NCBI GenBank assembly: GCA_963662275.1
Contig: OY759316.1
Span: 2,080,001-2,144,000, forward strand
DNA length: 64,000 bases
Direction: 5' to 3'
From: Candidatus Cloacimonadales bacterium
GTDB taxonomy: Bacteria; Cloacimonadota; Cloacimonadia; Cloacimonadales; DAONDQ01
Of this stretch, positions 41,127-50,868 are shown in pieces (position 1 is the first letter of the stretch; each line of letters opens with the position of its first letter). The notes under the pieces are model-generated. The model worked only from the letters and a program-made list of their open reading frames with translations. It had not been told where the DNA came from and did no database searches. The translations under genes were made by a program, and so were the position numbers.

Positions 41127-42752
41127 ATGATGAGAAAGTTCTTTTTAGCGAGTGTTGTCTTATTTGTATTTTTTTCAACGCTGATGGCAACGACAAAAGT
41201 TGCAATTATGCCTTTTGAAAAAATGGATCGCAGTAGCGATTATATCGTAAAAATGCTAAATATTCGGGATATAGAACTAATATTTTCCAATAATAAACAA
41301 TTCGAAGTTATTGGAATCAAGCAATCCAAAGAAACTCTTGGGGCATTAAACGGCAAGAAGATCGATGAAATTGATCCTGAAGATATCTTAGCTGCCGGAA
41401 AAACGCTAGGTGTTGATATTGTCATTACAGGTACTGTGTCTACTGTTGATGCCAGAAATTTTCAAGTTCAAACCAAGATTTACAGCGAAATCACAGGTGA
41501 GGTTAATCCCATTTCCTTCAATGTGACAAAGAATAAATTTGAGCGTTGGGATGCTATGCAAAAGCAATTTATCCCTAAAATCGATGCCTTTGTAACGAAT
41601 GAAATTGCTAAGATGGTAACTCTTGCCACCCAACAATTTGACCAGGAAAATATCGATACTGCTGAAGAAGGATTCTTGAATGTACTGAAAGCAGATCCGA
41701 AGAATATTACGGCTTTTCTGTATCTCGGCAGCATCTATTATGAGAAAAAAGATTACCCAAAATCAGAATCCTATCTGACGCAAGGTTTAGTAATCGATCC
41801 GGCAAACGTAAAAATTCTGAATAGCTTGTTCACGACATATAAAGACCAAAATAAAACTGACTTGGCAATTCCGGTACTTAAGAAAATTGCCCAGGCATCA
41901 GATGATGCTGAGATGTGGTTAGCTTTAGCAAATATGCAAGCTGAAAGTGGTGATAACAAGTCTGCCATCTTCTCTCTTGATAAGTCATTGGAAATCAATC
42001 CGACATATAGCAAAGCCATCTATCGTTACGGTTTAATTTATTATGATCAAAAGAACTATGAAGATGCTATTCCTTATCTGGAAAAAGCCACTACTTCTTA
42101 TCCTGATGATACTGTACTGGCTAAGAAACTAGCTTTCGCATACCAGATTACCGGCAAGATCGATGAAGCGATACAGAAATTCGAACAAGTTGTCGCTGCA
42201 AATCCAACAAATGCCACTGCATTCTTCAATTTGGAAGGTATTTATCGTGCTGCTGCCGGTGATGCTGCTGAGAAGAAAAATACTGATTTAGAAGCTTCCT
42301 ATAATAAAAAAGCCTTAAACACTTTAAATCAATTGAAGATTTTTGCACCTGAAAGTGCACTTCTTTATTTACGCTATGCAGATGTGTATTTTGCAACTAA
42401 CAATATGAATGAAGCTGATAATAATGCTACGTTATCAATCCAGAATGATCCATCCAAATATCCGGCATATCTTATTCTTGCCCAGGTGAATCAAAAACGC
42501 GGTTCGGATAAATATAATCAGTTTGTAGATTTTGAAACCGCTGCTGCCAAAGCGATTGGTAAGAAGGCAGATGCATTAATAAAACAGCGTGATACTGCTA
42601 AGATCGATGCATACAGATTTTTCAAATTGTCTGAAGATCAGTTGAATGCTGCTAAAACAAGAACAGATGACCAGGCAGTCATCGCTGATATTAATTCTCG
42701 AATTGCAGCACTGCAACCATTACTCGCTCAAACTAAGAAAGGTTTCTTTTAA
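41127..42752 (+). CDS. Exported TPR-repeat protein
   Basis: Signal peptide, CsgG/TolB_N-like N-domain, multiple TPR-like repeats (YLGSIYY, YRYGLIYY). Confidence 0.8.
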   Translation: MMRKFFLASVVLFVFFSTLMATTKVAIMPFEKMDRSSDYIVKMLNIRDIELIFSNNKQFEVIGIKQSKETLGALNGKKIDEIDPEDILAAGKTLGVDIVITGTVSTVDARNFQVQTKIYSEITGEVNPISFNVTKNKFERWDAMQKQFIPKIDAFVTNEIAKMVTLATQQFDQENIDTAEEGFLNVLKADPKNITAFLYLGSIYYEKKDYPKSESYLTQGLVIDPANVKILNSLFTTYKDQNKTDLAIPVLKKIAQASDDAEMWLALANMQAESGDNKSAIFSLDKSLEINPTYSKAIYRYGLIYYDQKNYEDAIPYLEKATTSYPDDTVLAKKLAFAYQITGKIDEAIQKFEQVVAANPTNATAFFNLEGIYRAAAGDAAEKKNTDLEASYNKKALNTLNQLKIFAPESALLYLRYADVYFATNNMNEADNNATLSIQNDPSKYPAYLILAQVNQKRGSDKYNQFVDFETAAAKAIGKKADALIKQRDTAKIDAYRFFKLSEDQLNAAKTRTDDQAVIADINSRIAALQPLLAQTKKGFF

Positions 42753-42790
42753 AGAAAGAGACTTTGCTGAGTAAAGGGCAATAAATCTTG

Positions 42791-42825
42791 AACTTCCCGG
42801 GAAATCCGTTTTCTGGGAAGTTTTA
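42791..42825 (+). terminator. Intrinsic terminator
   Basis: AACTTCCC...GGGAAGTT followed by Ts. Confidence 0.65.
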
Positions 42826-43191
42826 TTAAATTGTAAAACATCAGCTATCTATTGAGAAAACTCCGAATATCATTTAGATTAAATTACAATTGTCCTGTTC
42901 CCCATGCAACGAGTAGCTTAGTTTTCATGTTCATCTGATCTTTCTGATCAATAAAAAATATCCTGCAATCTGAAACTCTAAACATAGCATGTTAAGCCAA
43001 CTATATTTGCTTTTGTTTCCTTTCAACACAGGCTCTTGGAAACTGCTAATTTCCGTTATTATCAAGCCTCTTAGGAAAGAATTGTGAGTATTCATTAATT
43101 TCAAAATAAAAGATTTGACATTTTATGAAGTTCTTTAGATTATAGTCGATTGCTTTATTGAAACAAAAACCAATATTCATGGAGGTATAAT

Positions 43192-45387
43192 ATGAAAAAA
43201 ATTCTATTCTTTAGTACTCTTATGATGCTAAGTATGGTTCTGTTTGCTTTTACTCCTACCATTGACGGTGTCAAAGATACCGGCTGGGGTACAACTCCCA
43301 CACATAGCACAACAACATTAAAACAGCCTATCGAATTCAATTTGGATGGTGGTTGTTATGTCACAGATGACGCAAATTACGTCTATATCGGAATTCCCAC
43401 AGATAATGATCCCTGGAGTGATGGAAAACCTGTACATTTTCATGTTGCTATTGATTTGAGAAATACGGTTACAGGTGGTTCAAGTGATGCATGGGGTAGT
43501 CAAATGTCTTATGGTCAGCCCTATAAACCAGAGTTCGATATTATCAGTCAGTGGAGCACAACAAGTGAACTTGTCGGATGGACAGGACTTCAAACTTGGA
43601 CTGGGTCTGCCTGGTCGGGATCTGAATTTCCTGGAACAAATATCAAAGGCGGTGGTGGAGCATTCACAGAAATAGCAATTCCACGTAGCGTATTAGGTAA
43701 TATTGAAATCTCTGAAGTAATCAATATCTCTGTTTGGGCGCGACCTGCTTATGATAAACCACGCGGAACAGTATGTTTACCAGCGGATACATCTTTCCCT
43801 GCTGATTGGGGTGATGGTGGAACCAGTACATTTACAACGCAATTTCCCTACATTTTAACAACACTCCTAGCAGATGCAATTCCTCCACAGGTTGTCAATG
43901 CTACTCAGCTCACGGATTCATCTTTCAATTTGACCTTTAATGAACCTATGAAAGAAGAGAACGCCACTGATACAAGTAATTATACTTTCGGTGGAGGTAT
44001 GACAATATCTTCGATTGATGTAGTCAGTTCAACAGTATTCACTTTCCATACAGTTTTAAAGCTTTCTGGTGGGACGACTTACTCAGTGATCGCCCATCCC
44101 GAAATCGTTGATATTGCAGGTAACCCTATTAATGCAACGAATGATAGTACATCATTTGTCGGATTGTATTATTCAAATGTGACTTTCCAAGTTAATATGA
44201 ATGTCCTGATTATTAGTGGTGGATTCGTTCCAGCAACTGACAATGTGGCAGTTCGTGGTAGTTTCAATGGCTGGGGAACTACAAGCTTATCAGACACAGA
44301 TACCGATGGGATATATACTCTTTCCCTTTCAGTACCTTATGGTACCGGTTCATCATTTAGTTACAAATATTGGAACAATCATCTAAGTGGTGATATCTGG
44401 GAAAGTGTTTCTCCAGATCGTTCTTTTACTATTGCTGGCGTTGATAATATCATCCCTGTCGTCTATTGGAATAATACTGAACCTACAGGCCTAACAACCC
44501 ATTATATCGATGTAACCTTCCAAGTAAATATGGCTTTACAAACAGTATCAGCGGATGTCTATGCCGCTGGTGCCTTCAATTCCTGGAGCGGAACGGCTAC
44601 ACCAATGGCACTCGATAGTTTAGCAATCTATTCTGTCACTCATAGGTTCCCTGCCTATTCGCTCAAGAGCCAGGAGTATAAATTTGTGAATGATACTGTT
44701 TGGGAATATATAGATAACAGGACATTTACTCTAAATGATTCCTTATCCTCTATGATTCTTCCCGTAGTTTATTTTAACAATTCCATTCCCACTGAATTAT
44801 CTGGAATTGCATTTCTTCAAAAGGCTTCATCGTCATTCACGAATTTTAACAACGATGATATACTTCCTGCTGGTGATAGCTTAAAATTTGAAGTCAGGAT
44901 GACTCCAGTTGATATTGCTGCAAATTCACAATACTCTGCTACGCTGCGTTACCGTATTCTGCCGTGGGTGGATTTTCTTTATAAGACCTTCACCTATAAT
45001 AACACATACGGAAGTGATTCTTATTGGCAAACCACTTTAGATAATGGTATTGAAGTCAGTGATGGAGATACAATAGAATTCTATGTAACCGCTACTGATT
45101 ACAATGGTCCAATTTTCACTGATGATAATAGCGGAGCATTTTATCGCGTAATCATCGGTGGTGGAAGCTTACCTTCTCCTGACAGTTTACTGATAAGCCT
45201 TTCCGGAGAAGACATTCATATCACTTGGGGTGCAGTTACAGGAGCATCATCTTATCGCGTTTACTACTTTAATGATCCTAGTAACCCTAGTTATCAAAAT
45301 TTTAGCGATGTTACAGACGCTGAAATTACCCTTTCAGGGCATGCCTTATTTGGTAGTGAATTCTACTGTGTAGAAGCACGACCATAA
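43192..45387 (+). CDS. Secreted multi-domain carbohydrate-binding protein (Ig-like plus two CBM20-like modules)
   Basis: Signal peptide; PTIDG domain; PPQVV..LTFNEP Ig; two VTFQVNM..G.FN.W..YK..WE..R modules; C-terminal FN3-like tail. Confidence 0.65.
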   Translation: MKKILFFSTLMMLSMVLFAFTPTIDGVKDTGWGTTPTHSTTTLKQPIEFNLDGGCYVTDDANYVYIGIPTDNDPWSDGKPVHFHVAIDLRNTVTGGSSDAWGSQMSYGQPYKPEFDIISQWSTTSELVGWTGLQTWTGSAWSGSEFPGTNIKGGGGAFTEIAIPRSVLGNIEISEVINISVWARPAYDKPRGTVCLPADTSFPADWGDGGTSTFTTQFPYILTTLLADAIPPQVVNATQLTDSSFNLTFNEPMKEENATDTSNYTFGGGMTISSIDVVSSTVFTFHTVLKLSGGTTYSVIAHPEIVDIAGNPINATNDSTSFVGLYYSNVTFQVNMNVLIISGGFVPATDNVAVRGSFNGWGTTSLSDTDTDGIYTLSLSVPYGTGSSFSYKYWNNHLSGDIWESVSPDRSFTIAGVDNIIPVVYWNNTEPTGLTTHYIDVTFQVNMALQTVSADVYAAGAFNSWSGTATPMALDSLAIYSVTHRFPAYSLKSQEYKFVNDTVWEYIDNRTFTLNDSLSSMILPVVYFNNSIPTELSGIAFLQKASSSFTNFNNDDILPAGDSLKFEVRMTPVDIAANSQYSATLRYRILPWVDFLYKTFTYNNTYGSDSYWQTTLDNGIEVSDGDTIEFYVTATDYNGPIFTDDNSGAFYRVIIGGGSLPSPDSLLISLSGEDIHITWGAVTGASSYRVYYFNDPSNPSYQNFSDVTDAEITLSGHALFGSEFYCVEARP

Positions 45388-45400
45388 TGAATATTTAGAG

Positions 45401-45430
45401 AACGGGTCTGCTGATATGGCAGACCCGTTT
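45401..45430 (+). terminator. Terminator-like hairpin
   Basis: AACGGGTCTGC...GCAGACCCGTT. Confidence 0.7.
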
Positions 45431-45587
45431 GATTTCTTTAATTTTATATAACTTATAATCGCAGGAATCAATGAAGAAGATTGACTTGCATGTGAAATAG
45501 AAAAATAAACTTCTATATTTGAAATTGCTTGAAGAAATAGCAGTAAATGATGTATAAATAAATCTAGGTAATTAAGAGGAGATTTCT

Positions 45588-47156
45588 ATGAAAACGTTAC
45601 GTTTAATTTTAGTTTTTGCAATGCTATTGATGATCTGTAATGCCATTGCGACCCCAAGAGTGGTAGGTTCTTTTGCACAGGCTGGATATACAGATTGGGA
45701 TCCAGGAAATGCCGCTTTGGAAATGACTTCAGTCGGCGGTACAATTTATTCAATAACGCTTAGCCTGCCTGCTGGAACCTATGCTTATAAAATCGTAGAT
45801 GGCACTGTGTGGCAGGATCCAAATTACCCGGGAAATAATCAGGGCTTTACTATAGCTTCTACGACTTCATGTACTTTTTTATGTAATAGGACTGCCCATT
45901 TAGTCATGCACACTGCTCCTATAATCGCAGGTAATTTTATCTCTGAGTTAGGTGGAACTGACTGGACTCCTTCAGATCCTATTGGTTTAATGACAATTCA
46001 GCCCTCACCTTTACAGTTCTATCAATGGGAAGGTATCGTTCCTGCTGGAACATACGAATTCAAGGTTACATTAAATGGTAATTGGGATCAGAGTACAACT
46101 TCAAATAACATTCCCTTTGTATCTGATGGTATCATATCGACAATAATTTCTTATAATTTCGATACAAACGTTGTATCTACAAGTGCAGGTGCTCCACCTT
46201 CAGCCTCCATCAAATTTACTGTTGATGATCGAGCATATCATACTCACACCGCTTTCTATCTCAAAGGTTCTTGGAACGGAGATGGTTATTATGATGTATC
46301 ATGGGGAGGTGGCATGGAACATATTGCTCTAACAGATGATGGATTGAATGGTGATGTAGCTGCTGGAGACCATATATTTACAGCAGTTCAGGACTTAGTG
46401 ACAGATGCCGGAAGCAACACTTGGTATTGGGGTTTGAATGATGAAAACCATAACTGGGTAGATGCTTCTTATGCCACTTTTACAAACCCGACTACTGATC
46501 CGCAAACAATGGGAATTCAATTAGGGGATATTGAACTCCCTGTTGAACTATCTTCCTTTACAGCTATTAATTATGATGAAACTACTGTATCAATTCAATG
46601 GGTTACTCAATCAGAAACTGAATTGCTCGGATACAATGTCTTACGTAATTCATCAGCAGACCTGAATACTGCTAATGTTCTCAATAATCATATCATTGGT
46701 GCAACTAACACTGCACAGACACAATCCTATTCTATCCAGGATAACGAACTGACCACTGATATGACATATTTCTACTGGTTGGAATCTGTAAATTTAGATG
46801 GAACGAATAAGCTCTTCGGGCCTGTAACATTATACTTCAATATTAACGATCCTATTACTCCAACTCCAAATATCTCAAAAACTACGCAGTTGTTCGCTGC
46901 TTATCCCAATCCGTTTAATCCGAATACAACGCTTAGTTTTCAATTGGAAACAGGTGCTAAAACGGATTTGAGTATATTCAATGTAAGAGGGGAATTGATC
47001 AAACACATCTTCAACGGTTCTCTTACATCTGGTGTATATCGTTGGAATTGGGATGGGACAGATACCCAGGGTAATAGTGTTAGTAGTGGTGTGTATTATT
47101 ACCGTTTAGATGCCGGAAAATACCACCAAACAAATAAAATGGTACTCATGAAATAA
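45588..47156 (+). CDS. Secreted protein with two pullulanase X25-like starch-binding modules and a FlgD-Ig/T9SS-like CTD
   Basis: Repeated G.F....DW.P...PAGTY.(Y/F)K; DDGLNGD..AGD; LPVELSSF; YPNPFNP..WDG..SSGVYYY. Confidence 0.7.
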   Translation: MKTLRLILVFAMLLMICNAIATPRVVGSFAQAGYTDWDPGNAALEMTSVGGTIYSITLSLPAGTYAYKIVDGTVWQDPNYPGNNQGFTIASTTSCTFLCNRTAHLVMHTAPIIAGNFISELGGTDWTPSDPIGLMTIQPSPLQFYQWEGIVPAGTYEFKVTLNGNWDQSTTSNNIPFVSDGIISTIISYNFDTNVVSTSAGAPPSASIKFTVDDRAYHTHTAFYLKGSWNGDGYYDVSWGGGMEHIALTDDGLNGDVAAGDHIFTAVQDLVTDAGSNTWYWGLNDENHNWVDASYATFTNPTTDPQTMGIQLGDIELPVELSSFTAINYDETTVSIQWVTQSETELLGYNVLRNSSADLNTANVLNNHIIGATNTAQTQSYSIQDNELTTDMTYFYWLESVNLDGTNKLFGPVTLYFNINDPITPTPNISKTTQLFAAYPNPFNPNTTLSFQLETGAKTDLSIFNVRGELIKHIFNGSLTSGVYRWNWDGTDTQGNSVSSGVYYYRLDAGKYHQTNKMVLMK

Positions 47157-47169
47157 ACATAGCTGTCAG

Positions 47170-47203
47170 AAAAAGGCGTCTTGTTCAGACGCCTTTTTCT
47201 TTT
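47170..47203 (+). terminator. Intrinsic terminator
   Basis: AAAAAGGCGTC...GACGCCTTTTT. Confidence 0.75.
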
Positions 47204-47318
47204 GTCGTAAAATGCTGTAAATAACCATTCACTATAACAAATCATTTGACACTATAACACGAATATTCAATGCTCATATTCTCATGAATCATCATGAATT
47301 ACTATATTGGGAGTTTAT

Positions 47319-49064
47319 ATGAGCTGGGTCTTTGCCGCAATCAGTCATAATCCAATTACCAGGGAAATTAAAAATAAATTCAAAGTAATACATCATTACC
47401 CTCAGTACCTCCAAGAATCAGCATATATATACATCGCGTCAGCAGGACCTGATCTAACTACATGCTGTCATTTGAATTATCATGAGGATAATTCAGGTTA
47501 TATCATACTAGGTAGTCCTTTATGGGCAATTGAAAACGGATATCATTTCCTGACCAAGAATGATTGGGATCACTTTTCATGGGAAGATGATGATATATGT
47601 AGATTGGAAGGTCATTATGCCTTATTGCGATGGCATGGTAATCATTTTGAATGCTGGACTGACCCTATCGGTTTACGTGATTTCCTGATCGTGAATACCG
47701 TGTGGGGTTATGTTATCACAACACGACTGGATTGGGCATCACGGATGATTGATGCCAGTTCTTTCAACCTCGAAGCATTGTCCACGCACATCATCGTTGG
47801 TGCTACTCTTGGTGAGGATATGATTATTAATGGCATCAGACGTGTTTATAGAGGTATGAAGGCAGAAATAACTGCGATAAGCTGCATTATACAGCAGATG
47901 CCTTGTAGCGAAATTAAACCCAGCATCCATACTCGTGATGAATTAAATTCAGATATGATGAAACGTGTCTTGCTGCCATTCAAGGAAAATAGAAGATTAT
48001 CAATGGCTCTATCTGGTGGACTTGATTCACGAACTGTCCTCAGTTACTTGTTGCTTCCTGAAGCCAAGCACTATCGTTCCCTATGGGATGCATATACTAT
48101 CGGCTCTGCAGGGGAATCTGATCTGAAAATAGCCAAGCGAATTAGCAATGAATTTCACATCAAACATAAAATTATAGAACCTGATCTTGCACCTGTGTCA
48201 GAACTATGGAATTATATGAAGGAAAATGTTCTTTCTATGAGAATGGATATGTTTCCCTCCATAACCAATCGGTATCAGTTTATGTTCGATATGGCTAAGT
48301 ATTATGATGGTATTATCGACGGTGGCTCAGGATGGTTACTGAAGTACCAGGTATCCCGGAAAACAGGTTTTAAGCATAGAAATGACATCATAACAGGGAA
48401 TTGGGATAATATAGTTCCTGATCTGATGCGAAATGACGCTTTCTTCTTCAGTAATGAAGCCAGGGAGCAGATGACATCAAAAATTCATACACGAACAATA
48501 GAACTGATGTCAAGGATTGAAAGTCCCAATACTTTGGGTTTCTATAATTGGCTGAATCAATTCTTCATAGATTCGCATCTGCCATTTAAATACAGCAGTC
48601 ATCAAATCTGGGTTGATAATATTCTCCAGGATTATATGCCTACAATGTCACATATCTTTATGAAAAATATTCTTCAAATACCAACTGAACAAAAAATAGA
48701 TAATCGTTTATGCTATTACTTTATTCGAAAGAATAAGGAAAAACTCATACATATACCACGTGTTGCTTATGGTTTGCAGCTTCCCTGTCGGACAAACACA
48801 CTGTATTTTGCCACATACGCAAAAATACATCATAAATTGTTTCCCGTTCAACCACAACATTCGAATATGAGGCTCTGGAATCATCTAAGAGAACCTGTAT
48901 TAGATCAATTGAATTCCAATACTGTCAGGCAATATGAAAGATATGACTGGATGAATCTGCGAAACCACGTGGAATCTTTTTATCAAGGAAAAACGGAGAA
49001 TGCTAACTGGATAGATCATTGGCTGCGTTTTGATTTCTGGCGAGAACTTGTGGAAGGAAAATAA
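47319..49064 (+). CDS. Asparagine synthetase-like protein
   Basis: LEGHYA, DPIGLR, LSGGLDSR PP-loop; no N-terminal catalytic Cys. Confidence 0.72.
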   Translation: MSWVFAAISHNPITREIKNKFKVIHHYPQYLQESAYIYIASAGPDLTTCCHLNYHEDNSGYIILGSPLWAIENGYHFLTKNDWDHFSWEDDDICRLEGHYALLRWHGNHFECWTDPIGLRDFLIVNTVWGYVITTRLDWASRMIDASSFNLEALSTHIIVGATLGEDMIINGIRRVYRGMKAEITAISCIIQQMPCSEIKPSIHTRDELNSDMMKRVLLPFKENRRLSMALSGGLDSRTVLSYLLLPEAKHYRSLWDAYTIGSAGESDLKIAKRISNEFHIKHKIIEPDLAPVSELWNYMKENVLSMRMDMFPSITNRYQFMFDMAKYYDGIIDGGSGWLLKYQVSRKTGFKHRNDIITGNWDNIVPDLMRNDAFFFSNEAREQMTSKIHTRTIELMSRIESPNTLGFYNWLNQFFIDSHLPFKYSSHQIWVDNILQDYMPTMSHIFMKNILQIPTEQKIDNRLCYYFIRKNKEKLIHIPRVAYGLQLPCRTNTLYFATYAKIHHKLFPVQPQHSNMRLWNHLREPVLDQLNSNTVRQYERYDWMNLRNHVESFYQGKTENANWIDHWLRFDFWRELVEGK

Positions 49065-49301
49065 GGATTTAGTTGAATGATAATCGGAATCTCATTATTC
49101 TTAATCTTCTCGCATACTTTTCTTTTTCCCAAATCGGCAAAGAGTTTCATCTTCTCTCGAGAGGAATTAAACCTCATTTTGTCAAAGACACATCTGTATG
49201 TTGATGATTTGTCTTTGTTGAAAAGAAACAGATAAACCTATATTCTATATGTTATTCAATATTCGCAAGATTCTTTAAAAAATTTCTAACTGGAGGTGTA
49301 T

Positions 49302-50018
49302 ATGAAATATGATTCTATCTATCAGGATGCTAAAAATCAGTTTGAGTTATGGGCAAACCCTGAAATCGTAAAGAAGTACTCCCGCTACTTTAAGGAAGGA
49401 TATAATGCTTATGGGTTAGGAGAAGGGCAGTTGGTTTCCTACATCCGGACTGTACTTGAGCAATATCCATCAATTACAGTTGATGAAATCCTGGAATTAG
49501 GTGACATCCTTTTTGCTGATGGAAAATACGAAATAGGCAGTATGGCAGTTTTTTAACTGAAAGAAAGAAAGTCTGAGTTTAACAAATCAACTCTTATTGG
49601 AGTTAAAAAGTGGTTTGATAATGGAGTCAATAACTGGGGTCACAGCGATGTTCTATGTTCTCTCATTACACCGGTTTTCTTCCATGAGAATATTGCCACA
49701 TACATTGATATGAAAGACTGGCGGGTCTCCCCCAGCCGTTGGACGAGGAGAGCTGTTCCTGTATCATTACTTGCCTTGATCAAAACTGTTGAACCGAGTT
49801 TACTGCTTGAATTTGTTGAGCCAATGATGCTTGACCAGGAACGAGTTGTACACCAGGGACTAGGCTGGTTCCTTCGTGAATTATGGAAAAAACATCCCAC
49901 TGAAGTAGAAGAACTTTTATTGAAATACAAGAATATATCTGCCCGACTGATCTTTCAATACGCAACAGAGAAAATGACAAAAGAACAGAAACTGAGATTT
50001 TCTAAAGATAAGAAGTGA
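49302..50018 (+). pseudogene. DNA alkylation repair (AlkD-like) gene interrupted by an in-frame TAA at 49554-49556
   Basis: Both ORFs are in the same frame and the sequence is open between them (NNWGHSD); RWTRRA, VHQGLGWFLRE, YATEKM. Confidence 0.8.
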
Positions 50019-50038
50019 CTATCATGTAGAGCATGATA

Positions 50039-50196
50039 CCGTTCCTGCTGAATTATAACTCCGCATTAACGCGGTTGTCGAGTAGTACTCCGTTCCAGCT
50101 GATTTGTAACTCCGCATTTACGCGGTTGTCGAGTAGTACTCCGTTCCAGCTGATTTGTAACTCCGCATTTACGCGGTTGTCGAGTAGTACTCCGTT
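50039..50196. repeat. 51-bp tandem repeat x3
   Basis: Unit CCGTTCCAGCTGATTTGTAACTCCGCATTTACGCGGTTGTCGAGTAGTACT; copies 2 and 3 identical. Confidence 0.95.
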
Positions 50197-50235
50197 TTCT
50201 GTAAATCCCCATACGATCTTCAAAGATTATACCAA

Positions 50236-50305
50236 TTTCAATCCAATTTCATACCTGTTTCAATCCTGTTTCAATCCTGTTTCATACCAATCTCATTCCT
50301 GTTTC
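50236..50305. repeat. 11-bp tandem array (TTTCAATCCTG-like) x6
   Basis: tttcaatccaa tttcatacctg tttcaatcctg tttcaatcctg tttcataccaa tctcattcctg. Confidence 0.85.
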
Positions 50306-50532
50306 GAGAAATAGGTATGAATTAAGTATGAAGTTAGATTCATGTTGCTTTGGAATAGGTATAATCTATGGGCAACATAGGTGCTTTTATTGTACCATAC
50401 TACCGGAGTTTGATATCGTAGATGCTTTTTCATGAAGGTAATTAATGAATGAATATAGAAGAAGAGGTTAGACACGCTAGTCAATCCCGGCATCGTGCTC
50501 TGGAATTATGAACTTCCCAGAAAAGGATTTTC

Positions 50533-50728
50533 GCTACCGAGGATGAAAGGTCGTATCATGAAGTCCACTTGCCCTTTTAGTCAGGTATTCAATGATAACT
50601 TGTTTAGGGCATTTGAACTCCAAACTCTTAGCTTTCATGTAAAGTCCATTTTCCCTTTTAGCCTGGTGGTAATTGATAGTTTTGCTTGGGAAATTGAACT
50701 CCAGATACTTAGCTTTCATGTAAAGTCC
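50533..50728. repeat. Dispersed ~100-bp modular repeat, copy 2 (inverted relative to copy 1)
   Basis: Reverse complement of 10706-10802; TGAACTCCA...CTTAGCTTTCATGTAAAGTCC occurs twice internally. Confidence 0.85.
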
Positions 50729-50868
50729 GCAACGCCTTTAAGCATCAAAAAAACTTCAATCTCGAAGGCGTTTTGGACTCCAGGGATGAGTAGGTACACA
50801 TATTTCTTTACAATTCATCCAGTTTTATGCGTTGTATTTCATGAATACATTAACTTCTGGAGAATATT

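Noticed and set aside
47319..49064. Lasso peptide biosynthetic cluster
   Set aside because: No precursor peptide, RRE or transglutaminase-like protease gene nearby.
50039..50305. CRISPR array (repeats with a hairpin; GTTTCAATCC resembles a CRISPR repeat start)
   Set aside because: Units are head-to-tail with no unique spacers, and no cas genes are in the window.
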